Source: Deferrisomatales bacterium
GTDB taxonomy: Bacteria > Desulfobacterota > Deferrisomatia > Deferrisomatales > JACRMM01
Length of the DNA stretch: 18,013 nucleotides
Direction: 5' to 3'
NCBI GenBank assembly: GCA_033551855.1
Contig: JAWSUI010000067.1
Coordinates: 1-18,013, forward strand
In this document: positions 17,851 to 18,013 of the stretch, one piece after another
Position numbering within the stretch: the stretch's first letter is position 1
Layout: each line of letters starts with the position of its first letter
Position numbers and translations under genes: made by a program
The notes under the pieces: generated by a model
The model's database searches: none
The model's input: only the letters and a program-made list of their open reading frames with translations
What the model was told of the DNA's origin: nothing

Positions 17851-18013
17851 GCGGGGGAGCTTCCGTCCCTGCCGCGACGCTGTCACGTCCTCGGAGCCGG
17901 GGAGCCCCCCGCTCCGCCCCGCAATCCGCGGCCATCCGAAGAGGTCCTTTCGGTAGAGGACCGGGTGGGCCCGCCCACTCCGGCAGACGAGGCCGGGCTG
18001 CACGGTAGGTGTT

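Noticed and set aside
17797..18003. 69-aa N-terminal extension of CooC
   Set aside because: CooC proteins begin at MKIA; an SD and a promoter candidate lie directly upstream of ATG 17796.
1..18013. CRISPR arrays, IS elements, tRNA/rRNA genes, inteins or introns
   Set aside because: No regularly spaced repeats, transposase motifs or cloverleafs were recognised, and the proteins have normal lengths.

Overview
GC-rich bacterial window holding the main ribosomal protein supercluster on the + strand: the 3' end of tuf, then S10 block (rpsJ-rplCDWB-rpsS-rplV-rpsC-rplP-rpmC-rpsQ), spc block (rplNXE-rpsNH-rplFR-rpsE-rplO-secY), adk-map-infA-rpmJ and the alpha block (rpsMKD-rpoA-rplQ), closed by a 13-bp terminator hairpin. 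Protein styles (RpoA N-terminus QERNWRELIRPK, Cys/Zn forms of S4, S14, L24, L36) suggest a deltaproteobacterial-type organism, which is inference. Most of the window is ordinary housekeeping DNA. Departures from the usual pattern: rpmD (L30) is missing from its slot; a 184-nt structured spacer precedes rplQ; two ECF-type ATPase genes (ecfA1/ecfA2-like) follow rplQ with altered motifs and no ecfT; and these run into a convergent cooC-like Ni-insertion ATPase gene with its own sigma70-like promoter. No CRISPR array, mobile element, rRNA or tRNA was recognised. I cannot support a clearly novel system; the best candidates are the T-less ECF ATPase pair beside cooC and the rplQ leader RNA.
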